Source: Spirochaetaceae bacterium
GTDB taxonomy: Bacteria; Spirochaetota; Spirochaetia; DSM-27196; PWMO01
Assembly (NCBI GenBank): GCA_007693945.1
Contig: RECP01000069.1
Coordinates: 1,718 to 65,717, forward strand
Direction of reading: 5' to 3'
Length of the DNA stretch: 64,000 nt
The notes below the pieces were generated by a model. That model saw nothing but the letters and a program-made list of their open reading frames with translations. It was not told the origin of the DNA and did no database searches. The translations under genes and the position numbers were made by a program. Below, piece by piece: positions 31,817 through 44,336 of the stretch. Within the stretch, counting starts at the first letter, position 1. Each line of letters starts with the position of its first letter.

Positions 31817-33108
31817 CACAGCAGAAAAGAACCATTGCGGCGCGCAGCGATTGCCCGTTCGTGCTCTACAACACGTTCACCCGGCGCCGGGAAGTCTTCC
31901 GGTCACGGGTACCGGGTGAGGTCAAACTGTTTACCTGCGGCCCGTCGGTCTACCGGCGGCCGCACCTCGGTAACTACCGAACCTTTCTCTACGAAGATGT
32001 GCTGCAGCGCTATCTGGAGTATCGCGGGAACCGGGTACACCGCGTGATTGTCGTTACCGATGTTGAGGATAAAGCGCTGGAAGAGGCGCTCAGTCTGGAC
32101 CTCTCGGTGCAGGAGCTGACCGACCGCAACGTCGATTTTTTCCGTCAGGAGTGCGAAGAACTCGGTATCGCCCTGCCCGACACCATGCCGCGTGCTTCTA
32201 CCAGCGTTGACGTTGCCGCGGATCTTATTCAGAGCCTTATCGAGCGCGGCGTTGCCTACCGCCACGGCAACGACGTGTTCTACGATCCGCTGAAGTACTC
32301 GCGCTTTGGAGAACTGTTCGGGCTCGACATGCGTGACTGGCCGGCAGAACGGCGTCGATTCGCTCAGGATACCTATGAGGGCAATCGCTGGAACCGCGGT
32401 GATTTCATTCTGTGGCACGGCTTCCGGAAGGGTGACCAGGTCTGGTGGGATACGCCGCTGGGTAGAGGACGTCCATCGTGGAACGTGCAGGATCCGGCAA
32501 TGTGCGTGCAGCAGGCAGGCTACGAAATCGACATCCACTGTGGGGGCATTGACAATCTCTATCGCCACCACGACTACAACCGCGCGGTCATCGAGGGTGT
32601 CACGGGCACTGAGTTCTGTCACTACTGGCTGCACGGCGAGCACGTGATAGTCGAAGGCAGCAAGATGTCCAAGTCAAAGGGGAACGTGCTTTACCTCGAG
32701 CATATGGCTGAAAGAGGCATCACGCCGCGCGAGGTACGCTTCCTGCTGATCTGCGGTCACTACCGCGACAAGCTCAATATCACTGATCAGCTGATTGACG
32801 AGCGCGTGGCCCTGATCCGCGCGCTGCGTGCCGATGTGGATCTGCTGCTGGCGGATGCGGATGTCCGTGGTGACACGCGGCACCCCGACCCGGCCGTCGA
32901 TGCCATTATCGAAGAGCTGCCCGTATTGTTTGAAACTGCAATGAACGACGACTTGCGCGTGGCCGATGCGGTTCCGGCACTGCGGACGGCGTTAAGGCAG
33001 CTGCGCACGCTAAGCGGTGATCGACCCGTGCCGCCGCCGGCCGCGGTGCGCTTGCGCGCGACGCTGAGCGCTATTGACAGCGTGATCGGTGCGATCTTTG
33101 CGCGCTAA
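31813..33108 (+). CDS. Cysteinyl-tRNA synthetase paralogue lacking the anticodon-binding domain
   Basis: YNT, CGPSVY, HIGH-like HLGN, TDVEDK, DFILW, DIH.GG.D, KMSKS.GN and a DALR-like helix. The Zn ligands are altered. GGAGG RBS before the GTG. Confidence 0.85.
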   Translation: MTQQKRTIAARSDCPFVLYNTFTRRREVFRSRVPGEVKLFTCGPSVYRRPHLGNYRTFLYEDVLQRYLEYRGNRVHRVIVVTDVEDKALEEALSLDLSVQELTDRNVDFFRQECEELGIALPDTMPRASTSVDVAADLIQSLIERGVAYRHGNDVFYDPLKYSRFGELFGLDMRDWPAERRRFAQDTYEGNRWNRGDFILWHGFRKGDQVWWDTPLGRGRPSWNVQDPAMCVQQAGYEIDIHCGGIDNLYRHHDYNRAVIEGVTGTEFCHYWLHGEHVIVEGSKMSKSKGNVLYLEHMAERGITPREVRFLLICGHYRDKLNITDQLIDERVALIRALRADVDLLLADADVRGDTRHPDPAVDAIIEELPVLFETAMNDDLRVADAVPALRTALRQLRTLSGDRPVPPPAAVRLRATLSAIDSVIGAIFAR

Positions 33109-33144
33109 CGCACCCGGTATTCGGCCGGGAATCGCCGGCGGGAC

Positions 33145-35043
33145 TCAATGCTGGAAGTCCTCGCGCGTCGGGATGTCGTGTTTGGTAATCGAACAGAGGA
33201 TCTGGTCGGTCAGAGGCGTGATCGACGAGATCCGGTTGGCCTGTTTCTCGACCGTCTTCTCGAAGAGGTTGCGCACAAAGCGTCCATTGCCGAAGCCCTT
33301 GTCGCGTTTCCTGTAGAACGCGGTCATGATCGCCAACAGTTCGCGCCGCGCCGGTGCGGTCAGGTTGAAGGAAGCGTTGGAAGCAAAAATGTCAAAGATC
33401 TTCAGCAGTTCATCCGGTGCATAGTGGTCGAAGTAGAAGTAGCGGCTAAAGCGGCTCTGCAGGCCGGGATTGGAGTGGATGAAATCGTTCATCTCATCGG
33501 GGTACCCCGCGACTATCACCACCAGCCGATCGCGGTAGTCCTCCATGCGTTTCAGCAGCGTGTCGATTGCTTCCTGGCCAAAATCCTTACCGGCGCCGCG
33601 CGGTGACAGCGTGTAGGCCTCGTCAATGAACAATACTCCGTCGAGCGCTTCGTTGACCACCTCATCGACCTGGATAGCGGTCTGGCCGACGTAGCCGGCC
33701 ACCAGGCCGGCCCGATCGGTCTCCACCATGTGCCCCTTGCGCAGCAGACCAAGGCACTTGTACACCCGCCCCAGGTAGCGCGCGATGGTAGTCTTGCCGG
33801 TTCCCGGCGGGCCGTAGAACACGGCGTGTTTGGAGAACGGCGTCACCGGAAGCCCACGCCGTTCCCGTTCGCTGTGCACCTTGATCACATTTACAAAGGT
33901 GGCGATCTGCTGCTTGACCTTGCTCATGCCGATCAGATCATTGATGATCTCCATCACCTCCTCGAGCGTCTCTTCCTGCTCGTGCTCGGCGATGCGCACG
34001 GTCTGGCGCGCCTGCTTCTTCTCTTCGGCGTCCGAAACCTGCTCCTGATCACCGTAGATCAGCTTTCTGATCTTCTGCAGCTTCTGCGGGCCGTTCTTTG
34101 TCACCGTACCGTCGGCTTTGATGACGCACTGCGCGTAGGTGAAGAACGCGGCCGCCATCTTGTCGAAGTGTGAGCTGTCCTGACGGCGATCGTAGAGATG
34201 GAGGTACTGTAACGACTTGAGCGAAGACGCGCTCACACTGCGCATCTTCTGGATTTCATTGTAGAAAATGTGCCAGTAGGTCAGGATTTCCCGACGGTGA
34301 TGCAGCGGAAGCGAGTCATAACGGAACACGTCGAGCACCAGTTCACGATCCGGAATCAACCTCTGCCGCAGGTACATGAACACCATTGCAATGAAGAGCC
34401 TGGCCTCTTCCGGCGGGTCGTCCTTACCGATGCAGGCAAAGGTCACATAGAAGAGGTCATCGATCATCTGCTGCAGGAAGGCCGGCTCGTTGTTGAACTG
34501 CTTGTACTGGTTGACGGCGCGGATGATCTTGCGCGCTTCGTTGTGCAGAAAATTGAGATTCGCCAGGCGTTCCTCATCCGAACGCGCCCGATTGGCCTCT
34601 TCGGCGGCAATCGAGGCATCCTCGACCACCAGATCGTCGCCGACGCGCGCCTTGAGATGGTCAAGAAACGTACGCGTCAACGTGCTGCGCTTGGTCGAAG
34701 TGAGGACGCTGGTACCTGCACTGTGCTGCAGCGAGATCCGGACCGAACTGTTGCTCCTTTTGGCCTCCACCATCAGCAGATCCTCAAAGCCGATTGTTTC
34801 GGCCGCAGTGGCCGATTTACCGTTGAGCAGGAACATGATGCGCTTGTTGGTGATGCACAGGATTCCGGGGGCGCCGGAGCCCGAGGCGGCCACCTTGTTG
34901 GCGCGATAGAAGCCTTCGAGCACGTCTTCGACCTCTTCATCCTCGTCGAGAACACAATTGAACGTATTGAGGATGTTCTTCTTGAACGAAACGTGCAGCC
35001 AGTTCGCAATGCGGCCCAGCTGAGATTCAAGCTCTTGTCGCAC
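33145..35043 (-). CDS. CbbX/SpoVK-family AAA ATPase with a long N-terminal extension
   Basis: [54 protein letters not shown] and FGNGRFVRN motifs. Confidence 0.88.
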   Translation of the reverse strand: MRQELESQLGRIANWLHVSFKKNILNTFNCVLDEDEEVEDVLEGFYRANKVAASGSGAPGILCITNKRIMFLLNGKSATAAETIGFEDLLMVEAKRSNSSVRISLQHSAGTSVLTSTKRSTLTRTFLDHLKARVGDDLVVEDASIAAEEANRARSDEERLANLNFLHNEARKIIRAVNQYKQFNNEPAFLQQMIDDLFYVTFACIGKDDPPEEARLFIAMVFMYLRQRLIPDRELVLDVFRYDSLPLHHRREILTYWHIFYNEIQKMRSVSASSLKSLQYLHLYDRRQDSSHFDKMAAAFFTYAQCVIKADGTVTKNGPQKLQKIRKLIYGDQEQVSDAEEKKQARQTVRIAEHEQEETLEEVMEIINDLIGMSKVKQQIATFVNVIKVHSERERRGLPVTPFSKHAVFYGPPGTGKTTIARYLGRVYKCLGLLRKGHMVETDRAGLVAGYVGQTAIQVDEVVNEALDGVLFIDEAYTLSPRGAGKDFGQEAIDTLLKRMEDYRDRLVVIVAGYPDEMNDFIHSNPGLQSRFSRYFYFDHYAPDELLKIFDIFASNASFNLTAPARRELLAIMTAFYRKRDKGFGNGRFVRNLFEKTVEKQANRISSITPLTDQILCSITKHDIPTREDFQH

Positions 35044-35092
35044 TGCCGGTTCCCCTCCAACTCGGCCTGTTCAGCTGATCCCGATTATAGTC

Positions 35093-36769
35093 TCATCGGC
35101 CGGCTTTTGCATCACCGGCGATGTGCATCAGCTGCAAAAGATCGCGGCACGCTCGATGTGCCGACATGTAGGCCGGCGTATTGGGCATGCCGATGATCAC
35201 TCCCAGCCCACTGTGCAGCGTCTCGTGGGTATAGCGCGTGAGCAGCTTCAGGTAGGCTTGCGCGTTGGTGGTTCCGTTGCCGTCGCGCAGCAGCAGCGAC
35301 TCCACATCCAGCGCCCGCGCCAGCCGGCCGATCTGGCGTGTCACCAGCGGGTAGAGAACGCGGATCAACTCCAGAAACCGGGCGTGATACTCCCCGTCGT
35401 GATCGATCAAGTGCGCGATCTGCGATCTGCGATCGCGGACCAGTCGACCGTCGCTTTCGCGCTTGCGCGGTACAACGGCGCTGAACCGCTGTCGCAGGTT
35501 ATCCGAGCGCTGGAGGTTGATCATGGCGGCGTAGAACAGCAGCACGCCGGCTGCCGTGCCGGCCTCATACGGCAATCCGGCGCTGTCGACGCCAGCGATC
35601 TCCTGCAGCAGGGTTCGTACGCGCACCTCCAGCCGTCGGCTGCGGTCCTGGCCCTCGGCGGCGCGTGTCTCAGTGCGCTGTTCCAGCCATTCGAGGTAGT
35701 GCTGACTCTCGGTCAGCGCGCGCAGTGCAGCCTGTCGGGGTCGCGACCGGGCCGCAGCCGCAACCCAACCGTAAAGGGCATAACGCAGTCGCCTGCTTGC
35801 CGCCGCGTCTTCCCCGATAGAGTCACGTTCCAGCCGTAGCCCCACCAGACGCTCGGCGACTTCGGCTACCGATCGGTCGGAAGCCCGCAGCGACATCTCG
35901 CGCAGCATTGCGCGGCGGATACGCATCCGGCTGATAGAGGACGCCCCCACCTCCGGCGGCAGCGGGGGCAGCAGCACGTCTTGAAGCATGTCGAGCAAAC
36001 CGTGAATGCGATATGCCAGCGTGGTTTCGGGTGAATAGCGATGCTGCAACAGGTCCAGCGCGGTATCGTTGGGGACGTAGGCGACGTCCCTGATGCGTTG
36101 TGCTTGCGGTGATTCAAGCTGGAGCTCCCGGGGCACATAGCAGTTGTACTGGGCAATCACCTGAGCCGCCGGCAACCCTTCGTAGGCCTCGGCACTGAAT
36201 CGATTGTGCCACAGAAGAACGCGCAGGTCGGGCGCTATTTCGAGCGCCGCTTTCAGGTATCCGCCTGCCGAAACCTGCGACGTGGGCTCGGGCTGAACCA
36301 CCACCAGTAGCGTCCCGACGCACGGTAGAAAGGCCAGGTTTTCTGCATGACTGATGCCGGCCGGCATGTCGAAAACCACCAGCTCGTAGCGTTGATCCAG
36401 TTCTGCAGCGTAGCGTTCGAAGAGCGCCGTTCTGAGGAGTTGACTCTCCCCGCGCCCCAGCTTCTGACGCGGGAAGAGCAAATCAAACCTGGGAAACAGC
36501 GACAGGGAGTAACTGCTCAGCGATTCAAGCGAAGCGTCGATCTGCTCGGGGATGCTGTCCAGGGTGCTCCGGGCAAGATCCAGGATCACGGCGATATTGG
36601 ACAACGGGTCGAGATCCACCAGGGCAACACGGATGCCGTTGCGGGCGCATAACAGGGCAAGATTGAGGGCTGTGGTCGACTTTCCCACGCCGCCCTTGCC
36701 CGATCCGACCGCGACACTTTTGCGTACCAGCGAGGCGTGCGCCGCCGGTCGCCGTTCAACACTCTGCAT
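35093..36769 (-). CDS. MinD/ParA/FlhG-family P-loop ATPase with a large C-terminal extension
   Basis: Deviant Walker A SGKGGVGKST, LVDLD, FDMPAG and PEPTS motifs. Confidence 0.8.
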   Translation of the reverse strand: MQSVERRPAAHASLVRKSVAVGSGKGGVGKSTTALNLALLCARNGIRVALVDLDPLSNIAVILDLARSTLDSIPEQIDASLESLSSYSLSLFPRFDLLFPRQKLGRGESQLLRTALFERYAAELDQRYELVVFDMPAGISHAENLAFLPCVGTLLVVVQPEPTSQVSAGGYLKAALEIAPDLRVLLWHNRFSAEAYEGLPAAQVIAQYNCYVPRELQLESPQAQRIRDVAYVPNDTALDLLQHRYSPETTLAYRIHGLLDMLQDVLLPPLPPEVGASSISRMRIRRAMLREMSLRASDRSVAEVAERLVGLRLERDSIGEDAAASRRLRYALYGWVAAAARSRPRQAALRALTESQHYLEWLEQRTETRAAEGQDRSRRLEVRVRTLLQEIAGVDSAGLPYEAGTAAGVLLFYAAMINLQRSDNLRQRFSAVVPRKRESDGRLVRDRRSQIAHLIDHDGEYHARFLELIRVLYPLVTRQIGRLARALDVESLLLRDGNGTTNAQAYLKLLTRYTHETLHSGLGVIIGMPNTPAYMSAHRACRDLLQLMHIAGDAKAGR

Positions 36770-36873
36770 CGTGCTCAGTATAGCCAAATGCGTGCTCCTC
36801 GCAATACCATTTCGCCAATCACGCCCGACGGCGATATATTGTAGCCAGGAAGGAGTACAGGAGGATACGTGAT

Positions 36874-38433
36874 ATGGCACGCAACGGATGGCGCACCGCA
36901 TTCTGGGTGTTGCTGAGTGCGGTATTACTACTGGCTATTGGTTTTTCTCTTGGAAGGTCCTACAATCAGGCAGCCGGCGCCGTGCCGGTTACGGGTTTAA
37001 CGCGCGCTGAAGCCGGCGGACACCTTACCGTTTCCGGATCGCAGACACTCGAACGCACTGCAGACCAACCGGTACAGCCGGCTCCGCTTGCTGACCCCCG
37101 GCCGACAAACGCGCCGCTCTCGTTTCGCACGGTCGCTGAGAATGTGTTGCCGGTTGTTGTCGAAGTCAACACCGTTGAGGTGATTCGGCAGAGCGTCCCG
37201 CGCTTCCCTTCGCCGTGGGAGTTTTTCTTTGGTCCACGTGAGCAGCCGGAACCGCAGGAGCGCGAGTTCCGCAGGCCGGGACTGGGTTCGGGCGTGCTTG
37301 TACGCCGTGACGGCACCACTGTCTACGTGCTTACCAACGCACACGTGGTTGGCGATGCCCGCGAGATCAGTCTCAGGTTGTTTGACGGACGCGAGTTTGA
37401 GGCCGAGATCGTGGGCAAGGATTCGCGCACTGACCTGGCACTGATCCGTTTTGAGTCGCGCGAAGAAGTTCCGCTTGCCCGGCTGGGGGACTCCGATTCG
37501 CTGCATGTCGGAGACTGGGTCGTTGCGGTCGGTAATCCGCTGGGCTTCGAATCTACGGTGACCGCGGGAATCGTCAGCGCCCTGGGCCGCAGACCTCAGC
37601 CTGGTTCACCGATCGCCGGGTTTACCGACTACATCCAGACCGACGCCTCAATCAATCCGGGGAACTCCGGCGGGGCGCTGGCCGACATCCATGGAGAGAT
37701 CGTCGGCATCAACACCTGGATTGCATCTCGCGGCGGAGGCAGCGTCGGGCTGGGCTTCGCAATACCGATCAACAACGCCAAACGGGCAATTGACGACTTC
37801 ATCGAGCAGGGGCGCATTATCTACGGCTGGCTCGGGGTCTCAATCCAGGACGTCAGCCCGCAGATTACCCCGGGGCTGGCGCAGGATCTGGGGATTGAAG
37901 GCCAATCCGGGGCGCTGGTCATCAACGTCCACCGTGATTCACCCGCCGCACGCGCCGGCATCAGACCGGGGGACTTTGTGACGCAGATTGACGACACGTC
38001 GATTACCGACACAGCCCAGATGACGCGGGTGATCGGCAACCTCGCACCGGGCCGCCGTGCCGTGTTTACCCTGAAACGCGCCGGCCGGGAGATGACCATC
38101 GGCGTGACCCTCGACAGCCGGGGTACCGAGGACGAAGTGGCCGCTCCAGCGGGCATGTGGCCGGGAATGGCGATTGTACCGCTTAGCGAGACAATGCGCG
38201 AGGCGCGCGACATTGAAGAGGCTATCGACGGCGTGCTGGTGGCCTCGGTACTACAGGATGGACCGGCCGCAATTGCCGGCTTACGCAACGGTGACGTAAT
38301 CACCCAGGTCAACGGTACTGCCGTGCGCGCGGCGCGCGACTTCTACCGCGCGCTGGCCGGCGCGTCGGGCGAAATCCTGTTCCGCGTAAACCGTCAGGGT
38401 GTACGGATTGTCGTAGGGATGGACGCGTTGTAA
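36874..38433 (+). CDS. htrA: HtrA/DegP (Do) serine protease with two PDZ domains
   Basis: GLGSGV, LTNAHVV, DLAL, GNPLG, IQTDASINPGNSGGAL and two PDZ repeats; N-terminal membrane anchor. Confidence 0.93.
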   Translation: MARNGWRTAFWVLLSAVLLLAIGFSLGRSYNQAAGAVPVTGLTRAEAGGHLTVSGSQTLERTADQPVQPAPLADPRPTNAPLSFRTVAENVLPVVVEVNTVEVIRQSVPRFPSPWEFFFGPREQPEPQEREFRRPGLGSGVLVRRDGTTVYVLTNAHVVGDAREISLRLFDGREFEAEIVGKDSRTDLALIRFESREEVPLARLGDSDSLHVGDWVVAVGNPLGFESTVTAGIVSALGRRPQPGSPIAGFTDYIQTDASINPGNSGGALADIHGEIVGINTWIASRGGGSVGLGFAIPINNAKRAIDDFIEQGRIIYGWLGVSIQDVSPQITPGLAQDLGIEGQSGALVINVHRDSPAARAGIRPGDFVTQIDDTSITDTAQMTRVIGNLAPGRRAVFTLKRAGREMTIGVTLDSRGTEDEVAAPAGMWPGMAIVPLSETMREARDIEEAIDGVLVASVLQDGPAAIAGLRNGDVITQVNGTAVRAARDFYRALAGASGEILFRVNRQGVRIVVGMDAL

Positions 38434-38468
38434 GATGACCAGTGGAGAGGACGGGGAGGCTCTGATAG

Positions 38469-39536
38469 ATGGCGGTAAAGTATCACGACTACTATGCAAC
38501 GCTCGGAGTAGAACGCTCGGCAAGCCAGGAGCAGATACAATCCGCCTATCGCAAGTTGGCGCGCAGGTATCACCCCGACGTTAACAAGAAACCCGAGGCC
38601 GAGCAGAAGTTCAAGGAGGTCACCGAAGCTTACGAGGTGCTCAAGGATCCTGAGAAACGGCGGCGATACGACGCGCTGGGTTCCAACTGGCAGGCCGGAG
38701 AGGACTTCCGGCCGCCGCCGGGATGGGACGGCTTCGGCGCCCGTCAGACTGGTACCGGCGCCGGCGGTTACGAGCAGACATTTCGCTTCACCGGATCTGA
38801 CGGCGGCGAGCCGTTTGACTTCTTCTCCGGCGGATTCAGCGATTTCTTTCAGTCGCTGTTCGGCGGGTTCGGGGGCGGCAGTGGGGGCGGCTTCGGAGGC
38901 TTCGGCGGCTTCGGAGCCGAGCCCGACACCGCTGGAGCTCGCCGCGGATCCGGCCGCGCGCAGAGCGGCAGTCGGCCGCGTCGAGACGACCACGAAGCCG
39001 AAATCACGATGCCGCTGGAGGAGGCTTACCGCGGAGGTAAGCGCACTGTGGCGCTCACTATCGACGAGGCAGGCCCGGGAGGGGTCGTTCAGCGCAAGCA
39101 GAAGAGCTATGAAGTCACCATCCCGCCCGGCATCCAGGACGGCAGACGGCTGCGTCTCGGCGGCCAGGGGGGCCGCAGCGGCGGCGCACAGGCCGGCGAT
39201 CTGTTTCTCAAGATCAGGATCGCTCCGCACCCGGTATTCCGTATCAACGCAGCGGACCTGGAGGCCGACCTGCCGGTGGCCCCCTGGGAAGCGGCACTGG
39301 GTGCACGGGTAGAGGCGCCGCTGGTAGACGGTACCGCGACGGTCACTGTACCTCCCGGCAGCCAGAGCGGCAAGAAGCTGCGCTTGAAGGGCAAGGGGTT
39401 GCGTCGTGAAGGTAGCGAACGCGGCGATCTCTACCTGGTGCTGCGGATCGTGACTCCGGAGCATCTGACTTCACAGGAGCGCGATCTGTTCCTCAAACTG
39501 GCCGAGGTATCTACGTTCAATCCACGCCGGCATTGA
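38469..39536 (+). CDS. cbpA: Class B J-domain co-chaperone (CbpA/DnaJ-like, no Zn finger)
   Basis: DYY..LGV, YHPD, G/F-rich linker with FSDFF, PWEAALG and LRLKGKG motifs. Confidence 0.85.
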   Translation: MAVKYHDYYATLGVERSASQEQIQSAYRKLARRYHPDVNKKPEAEQKFKEVTEAYEVLKDPEKRRRYDALGSNWQAGEDFRPPPGWDGFGARQTGTGAGGYEQTFRFTGSDGGEPFDFFSGGFSDFFQSLFGGFGGGSGGGFGGFGGFGAEPDTAGARRGSGRAQSGSRPRRDDHEAEITMPLEEAYRGGKRTVALTIDEAGPGGVVQRKQKSYEVTIPPGIQDGRRLRLGGQGGRSGGAQAGDLFLKIRIAPHPVFRINAADLEADLPVAPWEAALGARVEAPLVDGTATVTVPPGSQSGKKLRLKGKGLRREGSERGDLYLVLRIVTPEHLTSQERDLFLKLAEVSTFNPRRH

Positions 39537-39583
39537 CCGCGCAGCGGTAGCCGGCCCGGTGTGCGCAGCCCGAAGGAGTTGTC

Positions 39584-40441
39584 GTGAGTCCCGTATCCAA
39601 ACAGCCGTCTCCGTCTGAGGGAAGCCGCGTCACCGCAGCCACCCAACTTGCCGCAAAGGTTGCCCTGATCACGGGATCCAGCCGCGGTATCGGGCGCGCA
39701 ACAGCGCTGCTGTTTGCCGAGCGCGGCGCGACGGTGGTTATCAACGGTCGCGACGAGACCAGACTGGCCCAAACCGCCGAACTGCTGCGTTCACGCGGAT
39801 TCAAGTGCTCAGCGGTGCCGGCCGACGTAACCGATCCCGATCAGTGCCGCGCCATGGTCACGCGTATCATCGCGCAGCACGGCAGACTCGATATCCTGGT
39901 CAATAACGCCGGAATCTCGATGCGCGGGGCTTTCGGCGATCTCGATCCCGCAGTCATCGAGTCCGTGATCCGTACCAACCTGATTGGGGCGGCACTGCCG
40001 ACCCGTTTTGCCGCCGCGGCGCTCGTGCAGTCCCGCGGAAGCGTGGTGTTCATCTCGAGCCTGGCAGGCGTTCGCGGTTTTGCCGGCGTATCGATCTACT
40101 CGGCCGCCAAGATGGCGCTCAGCGGCCTGGCGGAATCGCTGCACGCCGAGCTGTCGCCGGCCGGGGTACACGTGGGCGTTGTCTTTGCGACGTTCACCGA
40201 AAACGATCCCGACAAGACCGTCATGGGAGCCGACGGCAGACCTCTGCGGGTGTCGCGCAAAGCATCCACAACGCAGCGTCAGGTAGCCGAGGAGATCCTG
40301 CGTACGGTCGTGCGTCGCCGGCGCAGGAGCTACATGACCGCCGCCGGAAAACTGCTGGTCTTCATGCAGCGACACTTTCCGCGATTGACCGACGCTGCGA
40401 TCCTGCACTCACGCGGCAGGATTCACAAAGCAAACCGCTGA
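39584..40441 (+). CDS. Short-chain dehydrogenase/reductase
   Basis: [12 protein letters not shown], catalytic Ser and YSAAK motifs. Confidence 0.92.
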   Translation: MSPVSKQPSPSEGSRVTAATQLAAKVALITGSSRGIGRATALLFAERGATVVINGRDETRLAQTAELLRSRGFKCSAVPADVTDPDQCRAMVTRIIAQHGRLDILVNNAGISMRGAFGDLDPAVIESVIRTNLIGAALPTRFAAAALVQSRGSVVFISSLAGVRGFAGVSIYSAAKMALSGLAESLHAELSPAGVHVGVVFATFTENDPDKTVMGADGRPLRVSRKASTTQRQVAEEILRTVVRRRRRSYMTAAGKLLVFMQRHFPRLTDAAILHSRGRIHKANR

Positions 40442-40666
40442 CATGCGTGACGGTGTTGCAGCCTGCCGCTGCGCCCTGTTTGATCGCCGTCCGCCGCGCA
40501 TACGGACATGGATCAAAAGGATCCATATTCGAGCCCATAATCGTAAAAGTGTAGCGTTTTGATCCGCCTGAACACCAGGGATGTACGATACGATACGGGA
40601 CCATGCTGTCAACGCGGCTAACTGTCTATGCTGCTGAGAATTATCACATGGCGTGCGGTGAAATCT

Positions 40667-40682
40667 TGGCATGCTGATTGCT
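40667..40682 (+). promoter_or_regulatory. Sigma54 (-24/-12) promoter upstream of groEL
   Basis: TGGCAT-GCTGA-TTGCT matches TGGCAC-N5-TTGCW with exact spacing, about 70 nt before the ATG. Confidence 0.65.
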
Positions 40683-40733
40683 ATACAGTTTAGACGTCCT
40701 GGAATGAAAGTCTGTATTCTGTATCTCACGTAA

Positions 40734-43513
<2,780 letters not shown>

Positions 43514-43634
43514 GATGACCCCAGTATCCGTACAGTATTCAGCCCAGCATATCCGCCTCTCTCCCGTCTGCCAACAGCCGCAACGGGTCTTGACCACTTC
43601 CTTCCGGCGCGGATTTCGGCCATAATGGCGGTAC

Positions 43635-44285
43635 ATGAAAAACAGCAGTCGGACTATCGGTTTCGCGGGTCAGACCATCGAACTCGGCAGTGAACGAACC
43701 CTGCTGTGGCGTGACAAAGAGCTGCTTGTGGCAGCTGATCTGCACCTCGGGCGCCGGCTGGCACTCGAAACCGCCGGCCACGGCGAAGCACTGTCCGTCG
43801 ATATTGCTGCACTGCAGCGTCTGGCTCGTGTGGCGCGTGAAAGCCAGGTACGCAGGCTGCTCATCCTGGGTGACTTTGTTCACGGCGCAGAAGCGGTGGC
43901 AGCGCCGGTTATCCGCGTGGTTGCCGATTGGCGTAAGACCGTCAGCGCTGAAGTACTGCTGGTACACGGAAGCTATGACCACCTTCCGGCACCGCTGCTG
44001 AATCGCTGGGACATCGAGCCGGTCGGAGACGTGTTGTCGATTGCGCCGCTGCTGTTCCGCTACAAGCCCGCCGCGGGACATCCGGAGCCGCAGATATGTG
44101 GCCATCTGCATCCCTGCGCGCGCCTGAGCAAAGCTGCCGATTCAATGAAACTGCCCTGTTTTGTCGTTGAGCCCAACCTGCTGCTGATGCCTTCTTTCGG
44201 CAACCATCCCGACGGCTACGAGATCTCGGAAAAAGACAATCGCGTTTTCTACGTCATCTCCGATGGCGAGGTACGGCCAATATAA
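43635..44285 (+). CDS. pdeM: PdeM-like ligase-associated metallophosphoesterase (degenerate motifs)
   Basis: ADLHLG, LGDFVH, GHLHP, LPCF and MPSFG motifs. The expected GNHD reads GSYD. Confidence 0.75.
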   Translation: MKNSSRTIGFAGQTIELGSERTLLWRDKELLVAADLHLGRRLALETAGHGEALSVDIAALQRLARVARESQVRRLLILGDFVHGAEAVAAPVIRVVADWRKTVSAEVLLVHGSYDHLPAPLLNRWDIEPVGDVLSIAPLLFRYKPAAGHPEPQICGHLHPCARLSKAADSMKLPCFVVEPNLLLMPSFGNHPDGYEISEKDNRVFYVISDGEVRPI

Positions 44286-44288
44286 GGC

Positions 44289-44318
44289 TTGACTACTATA
44301 CATTTGTATAGTAATAAT
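44289..44318 (+). promoter_or_regulatory. imuABC promoter with an overlapping palindromic operator (candidate LexA/SOS box)
   Basis: -35 TTGACT, then the perfect palindrome TACTATACA-TT-TGTATAGTA (44294-44313), then the -10-like (T)AATAAT. Confidence 0.7.
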
Positions 44319-44336
44319 CATCCGGGAGCACACCGG

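Noticed and set aside
38820-38920. GGCTTCGGC-like tandem repeats
   Set aside because: They encode the normal G/F-rich linker of a class B J-domain protein.
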